Shown here: positions 37,168 through 45,583 of the stretch, piece by piece | Layout of the letters: each line of letters begins with the position of its first letter | How positions within the stretch are numbered: position 1 is the first letter of the stretch | NCBI GenBank assembly: GCA_944372425.1 | Contig: CALVZC010000003.1 | Location: 6,570-70,569 of the forward strand | Reading direction: 5' to 3' | Origin: an uncultured Bacilli bacterium | GTDB taxonomy: Bacteria > Bacillota_I > Bacilli_A > RF39 > UBA660 | DNA length: 64,000 nt | Notes under the pieces: generated by a model | Database searches by the model: none | What the model was told of the DNA's origin: nothing | What the model saw: the letters and a program-made list of their open reading frames with translations, nothing else | Program-made: the position numbers and the translations under genes

Positions 37168-38463
37168 TCAAGTAAAATTTTTTAACAAGTCATCAAGTTC
37201 TTTTTGTTCTTCACTTGTTGTTTCTACTTTTTCTATATTTTTTTCAAACCAAGAAGGTAGTTCTTCTTTACTTACATTGTTTTTAATTATGCTACTTTTT
37301 TCTACTAATCTTTTAATTTTTTTATGTTCTTTTTCAGCAACTCTCATAGCTTCTTCTACTGTTTCAATATTCATTCTACACCACTGAGAAGCAACTGTTT
37401 CAACGTAGCTTCTAGTGAATTTGTTATTATTCACTTTAAGTACATATGATATTAAAACATTAACTACCCCGGGTTTCATTTTCTGATTTACCATTAAATC
37501 CTCGATTATTCTAAGTTCACGCATTGTAGGTTCTCCATTTTTATATTTACTTCTCAAATAATCATTTGGAGTAACATTCTCAAATGTATAAATTTGTTTA
37601 GCCCAGTTAGAAGTATCTCCCCTCGGGCTCTTCAAATATTCTGGTTGTTTTGAATAAATTAGAGTAGGAAGCTTACCAGCATTTTCAAATTCATAAAAAT
37701 TTCGACAATTTTTAATTAAATCGTCTCTATTAATCATTCCTTTTTCATTTAAACTGTTTCTTACCATACCTTGCATGTTTAAATCATCAATATTATATGT
37801 AAAAGCTAAAGAATTAATTAAATTTCGTATTTCTAAATTAAAGCATTTATCATTAATAATATTTTTTGGAATACTTGATATTAATAAATCAAAATCAATT
37901 TTATCATTAATGCTAATAGCACCAACATTTTTTTTAACAATATTGTCATTTTCTGTAAAAACGTTTCCACTTATAGAAGTAAATACACTATCAAACGTGG
38001 CAGTAATATCTTTATATTCTCTTAAATTTATTTTTGGTATTTTGAAATAACTAATTATCCTTTCATATTCTTTTTTACCTAAATTATTATATAAAATTAC
38101 GCTTAATATAGGATGATTTAAAAAATCTGCTATTGATAATGGTGAATATAACACATAAACATAGTTATTAACATTTTCTTCTTTTACATATGTTTTAAGT
38201 AATCCAACTGCTTCCAGTTTTTCTCTTGCAATTATTATATCTTGCAGTTTAAGTTGCATTGTACTAACCAAATGATGATGAGTAAGCTCATTACTCATTA
38301 ATTCTCTTTTTTCCAAATCATCTATTAACGTTAAATAAAGGCTAACCGCAGTATGACCAATAATTGGTTGATATAGCATAGTTATTTTTTTCTTATCCTG
38401 TTCTGATAATATTGTTTTATTTACCACTATATAAGTATCAGCGGGCAAAAGTTTTCCATTCAT
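37168..38463 (-). CDS. DnaB/DnaD-family replication initiation and membrane attachment protein (Bacillus-type DnaB)
   Basis: The N-terminus LLPADTYIVVNKTILSEQDKKKITMLYQPIIGHTAVSLYLTL is typical of the family. A C-terminal DnaB_2-like region is present (YVETVASQWCRMNIETVEEA). Confidence 0.6.
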   Translation of the reverse strand: MNGKLLPADTYIVVNKTILSEQDKKKITMLYQPIIGHTAVSLYLTLIDDLEKRELMSNELTHHHLVSTMQLKLQDIIIAREKLEAVGLLKTYVKEENVNNYVYVLYSPLSIADFLNHPILSVILYNNLGKKEYERIISYFKIPKINLREYKDITATFDSVFTSISGNVFTENDNIVKKNVGAISINDKIDFDLLISSIPKNIINDKCFNLEIRNLINSLAFTYNIDDLNMQGMVRNSLNEKGMINRDDLIKNCRNFYEFENAGKLPTLIYSKQPEYLKSPRGDTSNWAKQIYTFENVTPNDYLRSKYKNGEPTMRELRIIEDLMVNQKMKPGVVNVLISYVLKVNNNKFTRSYVETVASQWCRMNIETVEEAMRVAEKEHKKIKRLVEKSSIIKNNVSKEELPSWFEKNIEKVETTSEEQKELDDLLKNFT

Positions 38464-38541
38464 AAAATTACCTCTTTATAAAATTATAACATAAAAAAAA
38501 TATTAAACTATTAATATTTTTTTATTTATATTTTATCATAA

Positions 38542-39096
38542 TCATATATATATACTATCATCTTTAACATAATTAACTTTATAATATGATTTGCAGTTAT
38601 ATAAAACGATATTATTACCATTTAATGTTTTAGGCACATCAATTAATCTCTGATTTTTTGAACCCCTGAATTTTGCCTCTAAACTTTTTAATTTATAAAT
38701 AAACCTTCCATCAACTAAAACATCTATTTCCTTTAAAAAATCCATTATAATAGCATTTTCTTTACTTTTTTTTATAAGTTGCTCATAAGTATATCCTGTG
38801 TAACACCAAACGTTTAAATTAATTTTATGGCAGTATTTTGCAATTTCTAAGCATGCATCTGGTTGTTCAAAAGGATCACCTCCAGAAAAAGTAACGCCTT
38901 CTTCACAGTCTAATGAATTAATTTCTTTTTTCAATTCTTCGATATCTTCTAAATAACCACCATTATAATCATGAGTTTCAGGATTATGACACATAGGACA
39001 ATTATGCGGACATCCTTGAGTCCATATAACTGCTCTTAGTCCTTCACCATCAACAATACTGCCTCTTTGTAATTTACTAGCTAACCTTATAAACAT
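38542..39096 (-). CDS. nrdG: anaerobic ribonucleotide reductase activating protein (radical SAM)
   Basis: CPHNCPMCHN (Cx3Cx2C cluster) and GVTFSGGDP. The gene is directly downstream of nrdD. Confidence 0.9.
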   Translation of the reverse strand: MFIRLASKLQRGSIVDGEGLRAVIWTQGCPHNCPMCHNPETHDYNGGYLEDIEELKKEINSLDCEEGVTFSGGDPFEQPDACLEIAKYCHKINLNVWCYTGYTYEQLIKKSKENAIIMDFLKEIDVLVDGRFIYKLKSLEAKFRGSKNQRLIDVPKTLNGNNIVLYNCKSYYKVNYVKDDSIYI

Positions 39097-39099
39097 ATT

Positions 39100-39270
39100 T
39101 TAAAAAGAATGTTTTACGCGATCATGTTCTTCGGCACGTTTACTATTATTGAATCTATCAACAGTTCCTACAAGGTAACCAGTAATTCTTCTAATTCTTT
39201 CAAATCCAACTCCTTCTCCTGTAGTTTTCTTTTCTTTTTGCGTTGTTTCAAACTCTAATTCTTTTTTCAT
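39100..39270 (-). CDS. stand-alone glycyl-radical tail of class III RNR (56 aa)
   Basis: Own translation gives MKKELEFETTQKEKKTTGEGVGFERIRRITGYLVGTVDRFNNSKRAEEHDRVKHSF. RRITGYLVG...N.SKR.EE...RVKH matches the NrdD C-terminal glycyl-radical motif. It is in frame with nrdD, 18 nt after the nrdD TAA, with a GGAAGAGG SD. Confidence 0.6.
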   Translation of the reverse strand: MKKELEFETTQKEKKTTGEGVGFERIRRITGYLVGTVDRFNNSKRAEEHDRVKHSF

Positions 39271-39288
39271 TTTACCTCTTCCTTTCTT

Positions 39289-41604
39289 TTATCTACAATC
39301 ACATTGTAATGATGTGATTTTTTCTAAACTTACTCCTTCACCCTCACGACGACCACATTTTGGGCAAACATCTTTAATTATTCCAACATATCCACAAACT
39401 GGATCTCTATCTACTGGGTGGTTTACGGCTCCATAACCAATTCCAGCTTCCTTCATTATTCTAACTACCTTCTCAAATGCTTCTAAATTTTCAGAAGTAT
39501 CGCCATCCAATTCTATATAAGATATATGACCTGCATTAGTAAGTGCATGATATGGTGCTTCTAAAGTTATTTTTTTCTTTATAGTAATTGGAAAATAAAC
39601 TGGTATATGGAATGAATTTGTATAGTAACTTCTATCAGTAACACCTTTTATTTTTCCATATATTGCTTTATCCATTGCAGTAAATCTTCCTGATAGTCCT
39701 TCGGCTGGTGTTGCTAAACATGTAAAATTCAAATTGTATTTTTCACTATATTCATCACATTTTTTTCTTATGAATCCAATTATATCTAAACCTAGTTTTT
39801 GAGCTTCTTCACTTTCTCCATGATGTTCTCCAATAAGAGCTTTTAAGCATTCTGCTAACCCAATAAAACCTATGCTTAACGTTCCATGTTTTAAAACTCT
39901 TCTTAATCTGTCATTTGGTTTTAATTTTTCTGAATCTAGCCATACACCTTGTCCCAATAAAAATGGGAAATTGTAAACTTTTTTATTGCATTGGATTTCA
40001 AAACGTTCTAACAATTGATCTTTTACAAGTTCTACTAATTCTCCAAGTTCTTGATAAAATCCTTCAAAATCAGCTTTTTCTCTCTGCTTCGTAGCAATAC
40101 CATGCTTTAAACCCAATCTTGGTAAATTTATTGAAGTAAATGACAAATTACCTCTTCCTGGTGTCACTGCTTTGTCTGGGTCAACATGATTACCTAATAC
40201 CCTAGTTCTGCATCCCATATAGCCAACTTCTGTATTATAATCACCTTCTTTATAATACTGTAAATTAAATGGGGCATCTATAAAAGAAAAATTAGGGAAC
40301 AATCTTTTTGCCGATACTTTACAAGCAAGTTTAAATAAATCATAATTTGGATCTTCTGGATTATAATTTATACCTTCTTTTACTTTAAATATAGAAATAG
40401 GAAATATTGGTGTTTCTGAATGACCTAATCCAGCATCTACTGCCAATAAATAATTTTCCATGACCATTCTTCCTTCAAGCGATGTATCTGTACCAAAGTT
40501 AATTGAAGAAAATGGTACTTGAGCACCAGCACGGGAGTGCATTGTATTTAAATTATGAACAAATGCTTCCATTGCTTGATAAGTAATTCTATTAGTCTTT
40601 TTATAAGCTTTATCTATTGACATTTCAAAAAGTCTTTTAACCATTTCATTTTCTTTTATAAATCTTTCAAAGTATTCCCAAGTTATTCCAATAGTATCCA
40701 ATTTATCTATTTCTTTTACTACACTATTCATATTTATATAACTTTCAAATCCTGAATAGTCTAATAAATCAGAAATAGTTTGTTTTAGTTGCTTTTTAAA
40801 CGTCATCAATACTCCTGGTGCTAAATAAAAATCAAAAGCTGGTATACTTTGTCCACCATGTTGATCATTTTGATTAGATTGAATTGCAATTGCAGCAAGA
40901 GCTGAATAACTCATAATATCTTTAGGAGAACGTAAATGTCCATGTCCAGTAGAAAAACCATTTTTAAATAATTTTTCTAAATCTATCTGCATACAAGTTG
41001 TTGTACCCATTGGCATAAAATCTAAATCGTGTATATGAATATCGCCATCATCATGAGCATCAGCAAACTTCTTTTTCATTAAATAAGCTTTAGCAAATTC
41101 TTTTGATACTGTAGAACCATATTGTAGCATTGTTCCCATAGCAGTATCACCATCAACATTAGCATTTTCTCTTTTTGTATCATCTTCATGAGCACTTTTT
41201 AATCCTAAACCTTCAAGTGTTTTTAAGAATTTATGCTTTTTCTTATCGTCAAAAAACATTTCTCTTGATTGATTTCTTCTCTCACGATAATCTTTAAATG
41301 AATGATACACATCAAGATATCCTTTTTTTTGTAATTCTTCTTCTATTAAATCTTGAATTTGTTCAATTTTAATTTTTTCTTCTTCTTTATATTCCTTTTC
41401 TATTCTTGATATAACTGATTGATAAACTTTTTGAATATCTTTTTCTGTATATACTTTTCCTGTTTCTACTTCAACGTCATCTGGTACAACGATATTATCA
41501 AACCCTTTTTTTATAGCAAGAGCTATTTTAGCACCATCAAAATCAACTTTTTTGCCATTTCTTTTTACTACCTTAAGATTTTCAAAAAAAGTATCTTTAT
41601 CCAT
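39289..41604 (-). CDS. nrdD: anaerobic ribonucleoside-triphosphate reductase NrdD; main body lacking the glycyl-radical tail
   Basis: ATP-cone (VVKRNGKKVDFDGAKIALAIKKGF), a class III core, and a C-terminal Cys cluster (CGYVG..CPKCG...CDC) just before the TAA. ATG 41604 lies downstream of a good promoter. Confidence 0.85.
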   Translation of the reverse strand: MDKDTFFENLKVVKRNGKKVDFDGAKIALAIKKGFDNIVVPDDVEVETGKVYTEKDIQKVYQSVISRIEKEYKEEEKIKIEQIQDLIEEELQKKGYLDVYHSFKDYRERRNQSREMFFDDKKKHKFLKTLEGLGLKSAHEDDTKRENANVDGDTAMGTMLQYGSTVSKEFAKAYLMKKKFADAHDDGDIHIHDLDFMPMGTTTCMQIDLEKLFKNGFSTGHGHLRSPKDIMSYSALAAIAIQSNQNDQHGGQSIPAFDFYLAPGVLMTFKKQLKQTISDLLDYSGFESYINMNSVVKEIDKLDTIGITWEYFERFIKENEMVKRLFEMSIDKAYKKTNRITYQAMEAFVHNLNTMHSRAGAQVPFSSINFGTDTSLEGRMVMENYLLAVDAGLGHSETPIFPISIFKVKEGINYNPEDPNYDLFKLACKVSAKRLFPNFSFIDAPFNLQYYKEGDYNTEVGYMGCRTRVLGNHVDPDKAVTPGRGNLSFTSINLPRLGLKHGIATKQREKADFEGFYQELGELVELVKDQLLERFEIQCNKKVYNFPFLLGQGVWLDSEKLKPNDRLRRVLKHGTLSIGFIGLAECLKALIGEHHGESEEAQKLGLDIIGFIRKKCDEYSEKYNLNFTCLATPAEGLSGRFTAMDKAIYGKIKGVTDRSYYTNSFHIPVYFPITIKKKITLEAPYHALTNAGHISYIELDGDTSENLEAFEKVVRIMKEAGIGYGAVNHPVDRDPVCGYVGIIKDVCPKCGRREGEGVSLEKITSLQCDCR

Positions 41605-41638
41605 TTTAAAACTCACTTCCTTATCTGTCTTTAAGATA

Positions 41639-41667
41639 ATTTTAGACATAAAAAAAACATAAGTCAA
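41639..41667 (-). promoter_or_regulatory. sigma-A-type promoter for nrdD
   Basis: On the minus strand: TTGACT, 17 nt, TAAAAT. This places the promoter inside the track's N-terminal extension of nrdD. Confidence 0.55.
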
Positions 41668-41921
41668 TGCCATTTTTTTACCATTTTTATAAAACCCTTA
41701 TAAAATAAGATTTTTTTAAAAAAATTATTTTTTCAAAAAAGTGTAAAGTCATTTTTTTTGTTTTTTTTGTTTTTTTATTTTTTTGACATTTGTGTTTTTT
41801 CTTTATTTTTCAAGGTCTTAGTCCAATTTATTGTTTTTTTATTTTCTTTTTTTTAAAAAAAATCAAAAATGAAGTTTTTTACTTTTTCTATTTTTTATTC
41901 TTATTTTTCAACATTTTTTAA

Positions 41922-41954
41922 AATAAAAATACCTAATAGTTAAATTACTATTAG
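41922..41954 (-). terminator. rho-independent terminator after the MscS gene
   Basis: CTAATAGT-taaatt-ACTATTAG hairpin at 41933-41954. T-rich sequence follows on the minus strand. Confidence 0.55.
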
Positions 41955-42019
41955 ATGTGTAAAGTAATATTTTTTAGACAGCACTTTAACAAGTATTTTT
42001 ACAATAAGATTACATATAT

Positions 42020-42829
42020 CTATTTATTATTTTTTACATGAACATCAAGTTGTGGATATGGTATACTTATCTTGTTTTTATCAAATTCTTCTTTTACTCT
42101 TTCTTCTAAATTAAACTTTAAATTCCAATAATCTTCTGTTTTAACCCATACTCTAGTAGTAAATATAAGAGCACTATCACCATGTTTTGATAATCTAGCA
42201 AAAATTTCTTCATTTTTTAAAACAAGGTCTTCACTATTCAAAATATCTAATAATATTTTTTTTACCTTTTCAATATTGCAATCATAACTAACAGAAAAAT
42301 CCAAATCTAATCTTCTTTTATCTTGCGATGAATAATTTATAATAGTTTCATTTGATAATGGGCCATTAGGGATTACTATTTTTTTATTATCTGGTGTTTT
42401 TAAAATAGTATAAAATATAGTTATCTCATCTACTGTTCCACTATCAGTATGCGTTTCTATATAGTCACCTACTTTAAAAGGTTTAAAAACAAGTAACATA
42501 AGTCCACCAACCATATTAGTAAGTCCACCTTGCAATGCAAGTCCAATAGCTAATGTTGCTGTTCCAAAAACAGTAAGCATTGAAGTCATTGGTATTCCAA
42601 TATATGCTAATGCTGTTATAAAAACTAAAGTTTTTAAAACAATATTTATAAAACTATTTATAAATGTACGGACACTTTTCTCTAACTTATTAAAACCTTT
42701 TCCCTTGTTTAATACTTTTATAATAAATTTAACTAATCTAAAACCTATTAATAAAATTAATATTAGGCCAATTATTCTAAATCCTAAATCTACTAAACCT
42801 TCGATTATTTTTTCTACAGCTTTTTCCAT
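42020..42829 (-). CDS. small-conductance mechanosensitive channel (MscS family)
   Basis: Three N-terminal TMs, then FKVGDYIETHTDSGTVDEITIFYTILKTPDNKKIVIPNGPLSN, the MscS beta-domain signature. Confidence 0.85.
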   Translation of the reverse strand: MEKAVEKIIEGLVDLGFRIIGLILILLIGFRLVKFIIKVLNKGKGFNKLEKSVRTFINSFINIVLKTLVFITALAYIGIPMTSMLTVFGTATLAIGLALQGGLTNMVGGLMLLVFKPFKVGDYIETHTDSGTVDEITIFYTILKTPDNKKIVIPNGPLSNETIINYSSQDKRRLDLDFSVSYDCNIEKVKKILLDILNSEDLVLKNEEIFARLSKHGDSALIFTTRVWVKTEDYWNLKFNLEERVKEEFDKNKISIPYPQLDVHVKNNK

Positions 42830-42835
42830 ATTACA

Positions 42836-45499
42836 TTAACCTCTTTTTCTAAATTTAATCTTTTTAAATATTTCCATAACTATAAGAATAGGTATACTAG
42901 CTAAAAATGTGTATAAAATATCTATCCATGGCATGCTGTTTGTTTTTAGAAAATGACTTAAAACATCTACTTCCATTACAATAATTTGAAGTATAATTGC
43001 TCCAAAAATACTAAAAGCAATAAACCAATTCCTAGATATTGGCAATTTAAATGTTGATATTTTTTCACTACGACAATTAAGTGCATGTAAGTTTTGCATA
43101 AATACCATTAACATCATGATATATCCTCTTGCTGTATCTACTGGCATATTAATTACTTTTATTAGATATACCCAAACAGCGAAGACAATTACTCCAATGG
43201 TAAATCCAGCTAGTAACGTTTGTTCTAGCATTAATTTGTCAAAAATAGATTCTTTTGGATTACGTGGTTTTTCATCCATAATTTCCTTTTCTTCTCGTTC
43301 AAAAGATAAGGCCATATCTTGTAGTCCATCTGTTACAATATTTAACCATAATAATTGAATAGCAACAAGTGGAACATCTAAATTAAATATTATTGAAAGT
43401 GTAAAAAACAATACTTCTGATAAACCACAAGATAGTAATAGATAAACAACTTTTCTTATATTGCTATAAGCGTTTCTTCCTTCCTCAATACCTGAAACAA
43501 TGGACATAAAATTATCATCTAAAATTATCATTTTACCAGTCTCTTTAGCAACATCTGTACCACTACCCATTGCAATACCTATATTTGCCGTTTTAATAGC
43601 TGGCGCGTCATTTACACCATCACCTGTCACAGCAATAAACTCTCCTTGTCTTTTAAAGGAATTTACTATTTCTAGTTTTTGAATCGGTGTAACCCTAGTA
43701 AATACTTTCTTATTTTTTATAAATTTATCAAAGACTTTATTTCCCTTAGCAAGATATTCTTCTATTTCATTACCATTAGCAACTTCTTCCTGCGAATTAC
43801 TAAGTCCTAACTCTTTAGCAATAGCGAAAGCTGTTAGCGGATGATCTCCAGTAATCATAACAACTTTAATACCAGCTTTTTTACATTCCTTTATTGATTC
43901 AATAGTTTCTTTTCTAATAGGATCTATAAAAGCGACTAACCCAATAAAAGATAGTTTAGGAATATCTTCATCGTTTAATAATTCTTTTTTAGGTATATTT
44001 TCTAACTTATTAGATTTAGCTAGAGCTATAACACGATACCCAGATTTAGCTAAATGATCATTTTGTTGTTGAATTTTTTTTATATCTAATTTTTCTTTTT
44101 TAGAATTAACAATCATACTATCACAAAATGATAGAACCTTTTCCAAAGATCCTTTTACAGTACAAAACTTTTCATCATTTTCTTCATAAAAAACTGCCGA
44201 ATATTTTTTTTCAGATTCATAAGGAATTTTCTTTAATTCCAAATAATTTTTTTCAACGTTAAGTTTTTCTCCTAGTGCTAAAAATGCTATATCAATTGAG
44301 TCCCCAAAACTTTTCCAATTATTATGTTCTTTTTTTAATGTTGCTTCATTATTTATTACACCTAATTTAGCAATACTTATAGCATCACTTATTCTAGCAT
44401 TATCAACACATATTACATTTCCATCTCCATTATATCCAGTACCTTCAATTTCAAAAAGCGAATCATCTGGTAATAAGATACGCTTGGCAGTTTGTTCATT
44501 TACTGTTAGAGTCCCTGTTTTATCACTTGCTATAACTGTACAACTTCCCAAGCTTTCAACAGAATTTAACTTTTTTACTATTACGTTCTTTTTAGACATT
44601 CTATGCGAACCGATAGTTAAAGCTAATGTTAAAGCCAAAGGTAAGCCTTCAGGCATAGCCGATACAGATAATGCTACTACAGAAACAAAAACTTCTTTTA
44701 TATCTTCACCTTTAAAAATCATTATACTAGTTAGTAATACAGCAATAATAACTATTATTATTGTAATTTGTTTTGAAAGTTTTTCCATCCTAATAACCAA
44801 TGGTGATTTTTCATCTTTAGTCTCTAAAACTTTACTAGAAATCTTTCCTATTTCAGTATTTGCCCCAGTCTCTACAACTATAGCAGTTGTTCTTCCTGTT
44901 ACAATGGATGTTCCACCAAAAACCATATTAGATCTATCTGATATTCCTATATTTTCCTCTAATATACTATTATTTTTAACTGACGCTAATGATTCTCCAG
45001 TAAGTACAGATTCATCTGCAGTAAGATTTAATGATGATATAATTCTTAAATCTGCAGAAACTTTATTACCGCTTTCTAACAAAACAATATCACCAATAAC
45101 TAATTCATCAGAATCAACTATTTTTTCTTTTCCATCTCTTATAACTTTACTTTTTACTTTAATTAATTTTTGCAGGCTTTCTGCTTCTTTTCCTGCTTGC
45201 CATTCCTGAACAGTACCAAAAATAGCATCTATTGTAATGATAAAAACTATTGCTATACAATCAATATATTCTTTAGCTAAAAAAGAAAATAATCCTGCAA
45301 TTATCATTACAATAACGATAGGGCTTGCAAATTGCGAAAAAAATATTTTGAGTAATCCATCCTTTTTTTCTTTTGGTAAAACATTTTTCCCATATTTTTT
45401 TATTCTCTTTTTTACTTCCTCATTTGTTAAACCATTTTCGTTGCTATCTAATATTTTATAGATATCTTCAATACTATTATTGTGCCATTTATTATTCAT
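42836..45499 (-). CDS. P-type cation-transporting ATPase, Ca2+ (P2A)-like
   Basis: TGES, phosphorylation site DKTGTLT, MITGDH and the hinge TGDGVNDAPAIK are all present. 887 aa with about 10 TMs. Confidence 0.9.
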   Translation of the reverse strand: MNNKWHNNSIEDIYKILDSNENGLTNEEVKKRIKKYGKNVLPKEKKDGLLKIFFSQFASPIVIVMIIAGLFSFLAKEYIDCIAIVFIITIDAIFGTVQEWQAGKEAESLQKLIKVKSKVIRDGKEKIVDSDELVIGDIVLLESGNKVSADLRIISSLNLTADESVLTGESLASVKNNSILEENIGISDRSNMVFGGTSIVTGRTTAIVVETGANTEIGKISSKVLETKDEKSPLVIRMEKLSKQITIIIVIIAVLLTSIMIFKGEDIKEVFVSVVALSVSAMPEGLPLALTLALTIGSHRMSKKNVIVKKLNSVESLGSCTVIASDKTGTLTVNEQTAKRILLPDDSLFEIEGTGYNGDGNVICVDNARISDAISIAKLGVINNEATLKKEHNNWKSFGDSIDIAFLALGEKLNVEKNYLELKKIPYESEKKYSAVFYEENDEKFCTVKGSLEKVLSFCDSMIVNSKKEKLDIKKIQQQNDHLAKSGYRVIALAKSNKLENIPKKELLNDEDIPKLSFIGLVAFIDPIRKETIESIKECKKAGIKVVMITGDHPLTAFAIAKELGLSNSQEEVANGNEIEEYLAKGNKVFDKFIKNKKVFTRVTPIQKLEIVNSFKRQGEFIAVTGDGVNDAPAIKTANIGIAMGSGTDVAKETGKMIILDDNFMSIVSGIEEGRNAYSNIRKVVYLLLSCGLSEVLFFTLSIIFNLDVPLVAIQLLWLNIVTDGLQDMALSFEREEKEIMDEKPRNPKESIFDKLMLEQTLLAGFTIGVIVFAVWVYLIKVINMPVDTARGYIMMLMVFMQNLHALNCRSEKISTFKLPISRNWFIAFSIFGAIILQIIVMEVDVLSHFLKTNSMPWIDILYTFLASIPILIVMEIFKKIKFRKRG

Positions 45500-45583
45500 G
45501 TTACCTCCACATTATTAATTTTCTAATATTAGTATACCATTAATTTATTACTTTTAAAATATTTAGTATATAAAAAAGAACAT

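Noticed and set aside
41605-41673. N-terminal extension of nrdD (MALTYVFFMSKIILKTDKEVSFK).
   Set aside because: It contains the TTGACT-17-TAAAAT promoter. The ATP-cone begins right after the ATG at 41604, which has an AAGGAAG SD.
41674-42019. NrdR boxes upstream of nrdD.
   Set aside because: I looked for the ~16-bp acaCwAtATaTwGtgt-type palindrome. Only weak half-sites were found, around cacaaatgtc and ttacac, and there was no convincing tandem pair.
44484-45209. 241-aa plus-strand ORF inside the P-type ATPase gene. Similar cases are 43116-43358, 43500-43682 and 45237-45461.
   Set aside because: It lies antisense to a gene with unmistakable P-type ATPase motifs. The translation is low-complexity (Ser/Ile/Phe/Thr-rich) with no SD. 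This is a typical shadow ORF in AT-rich DNA.
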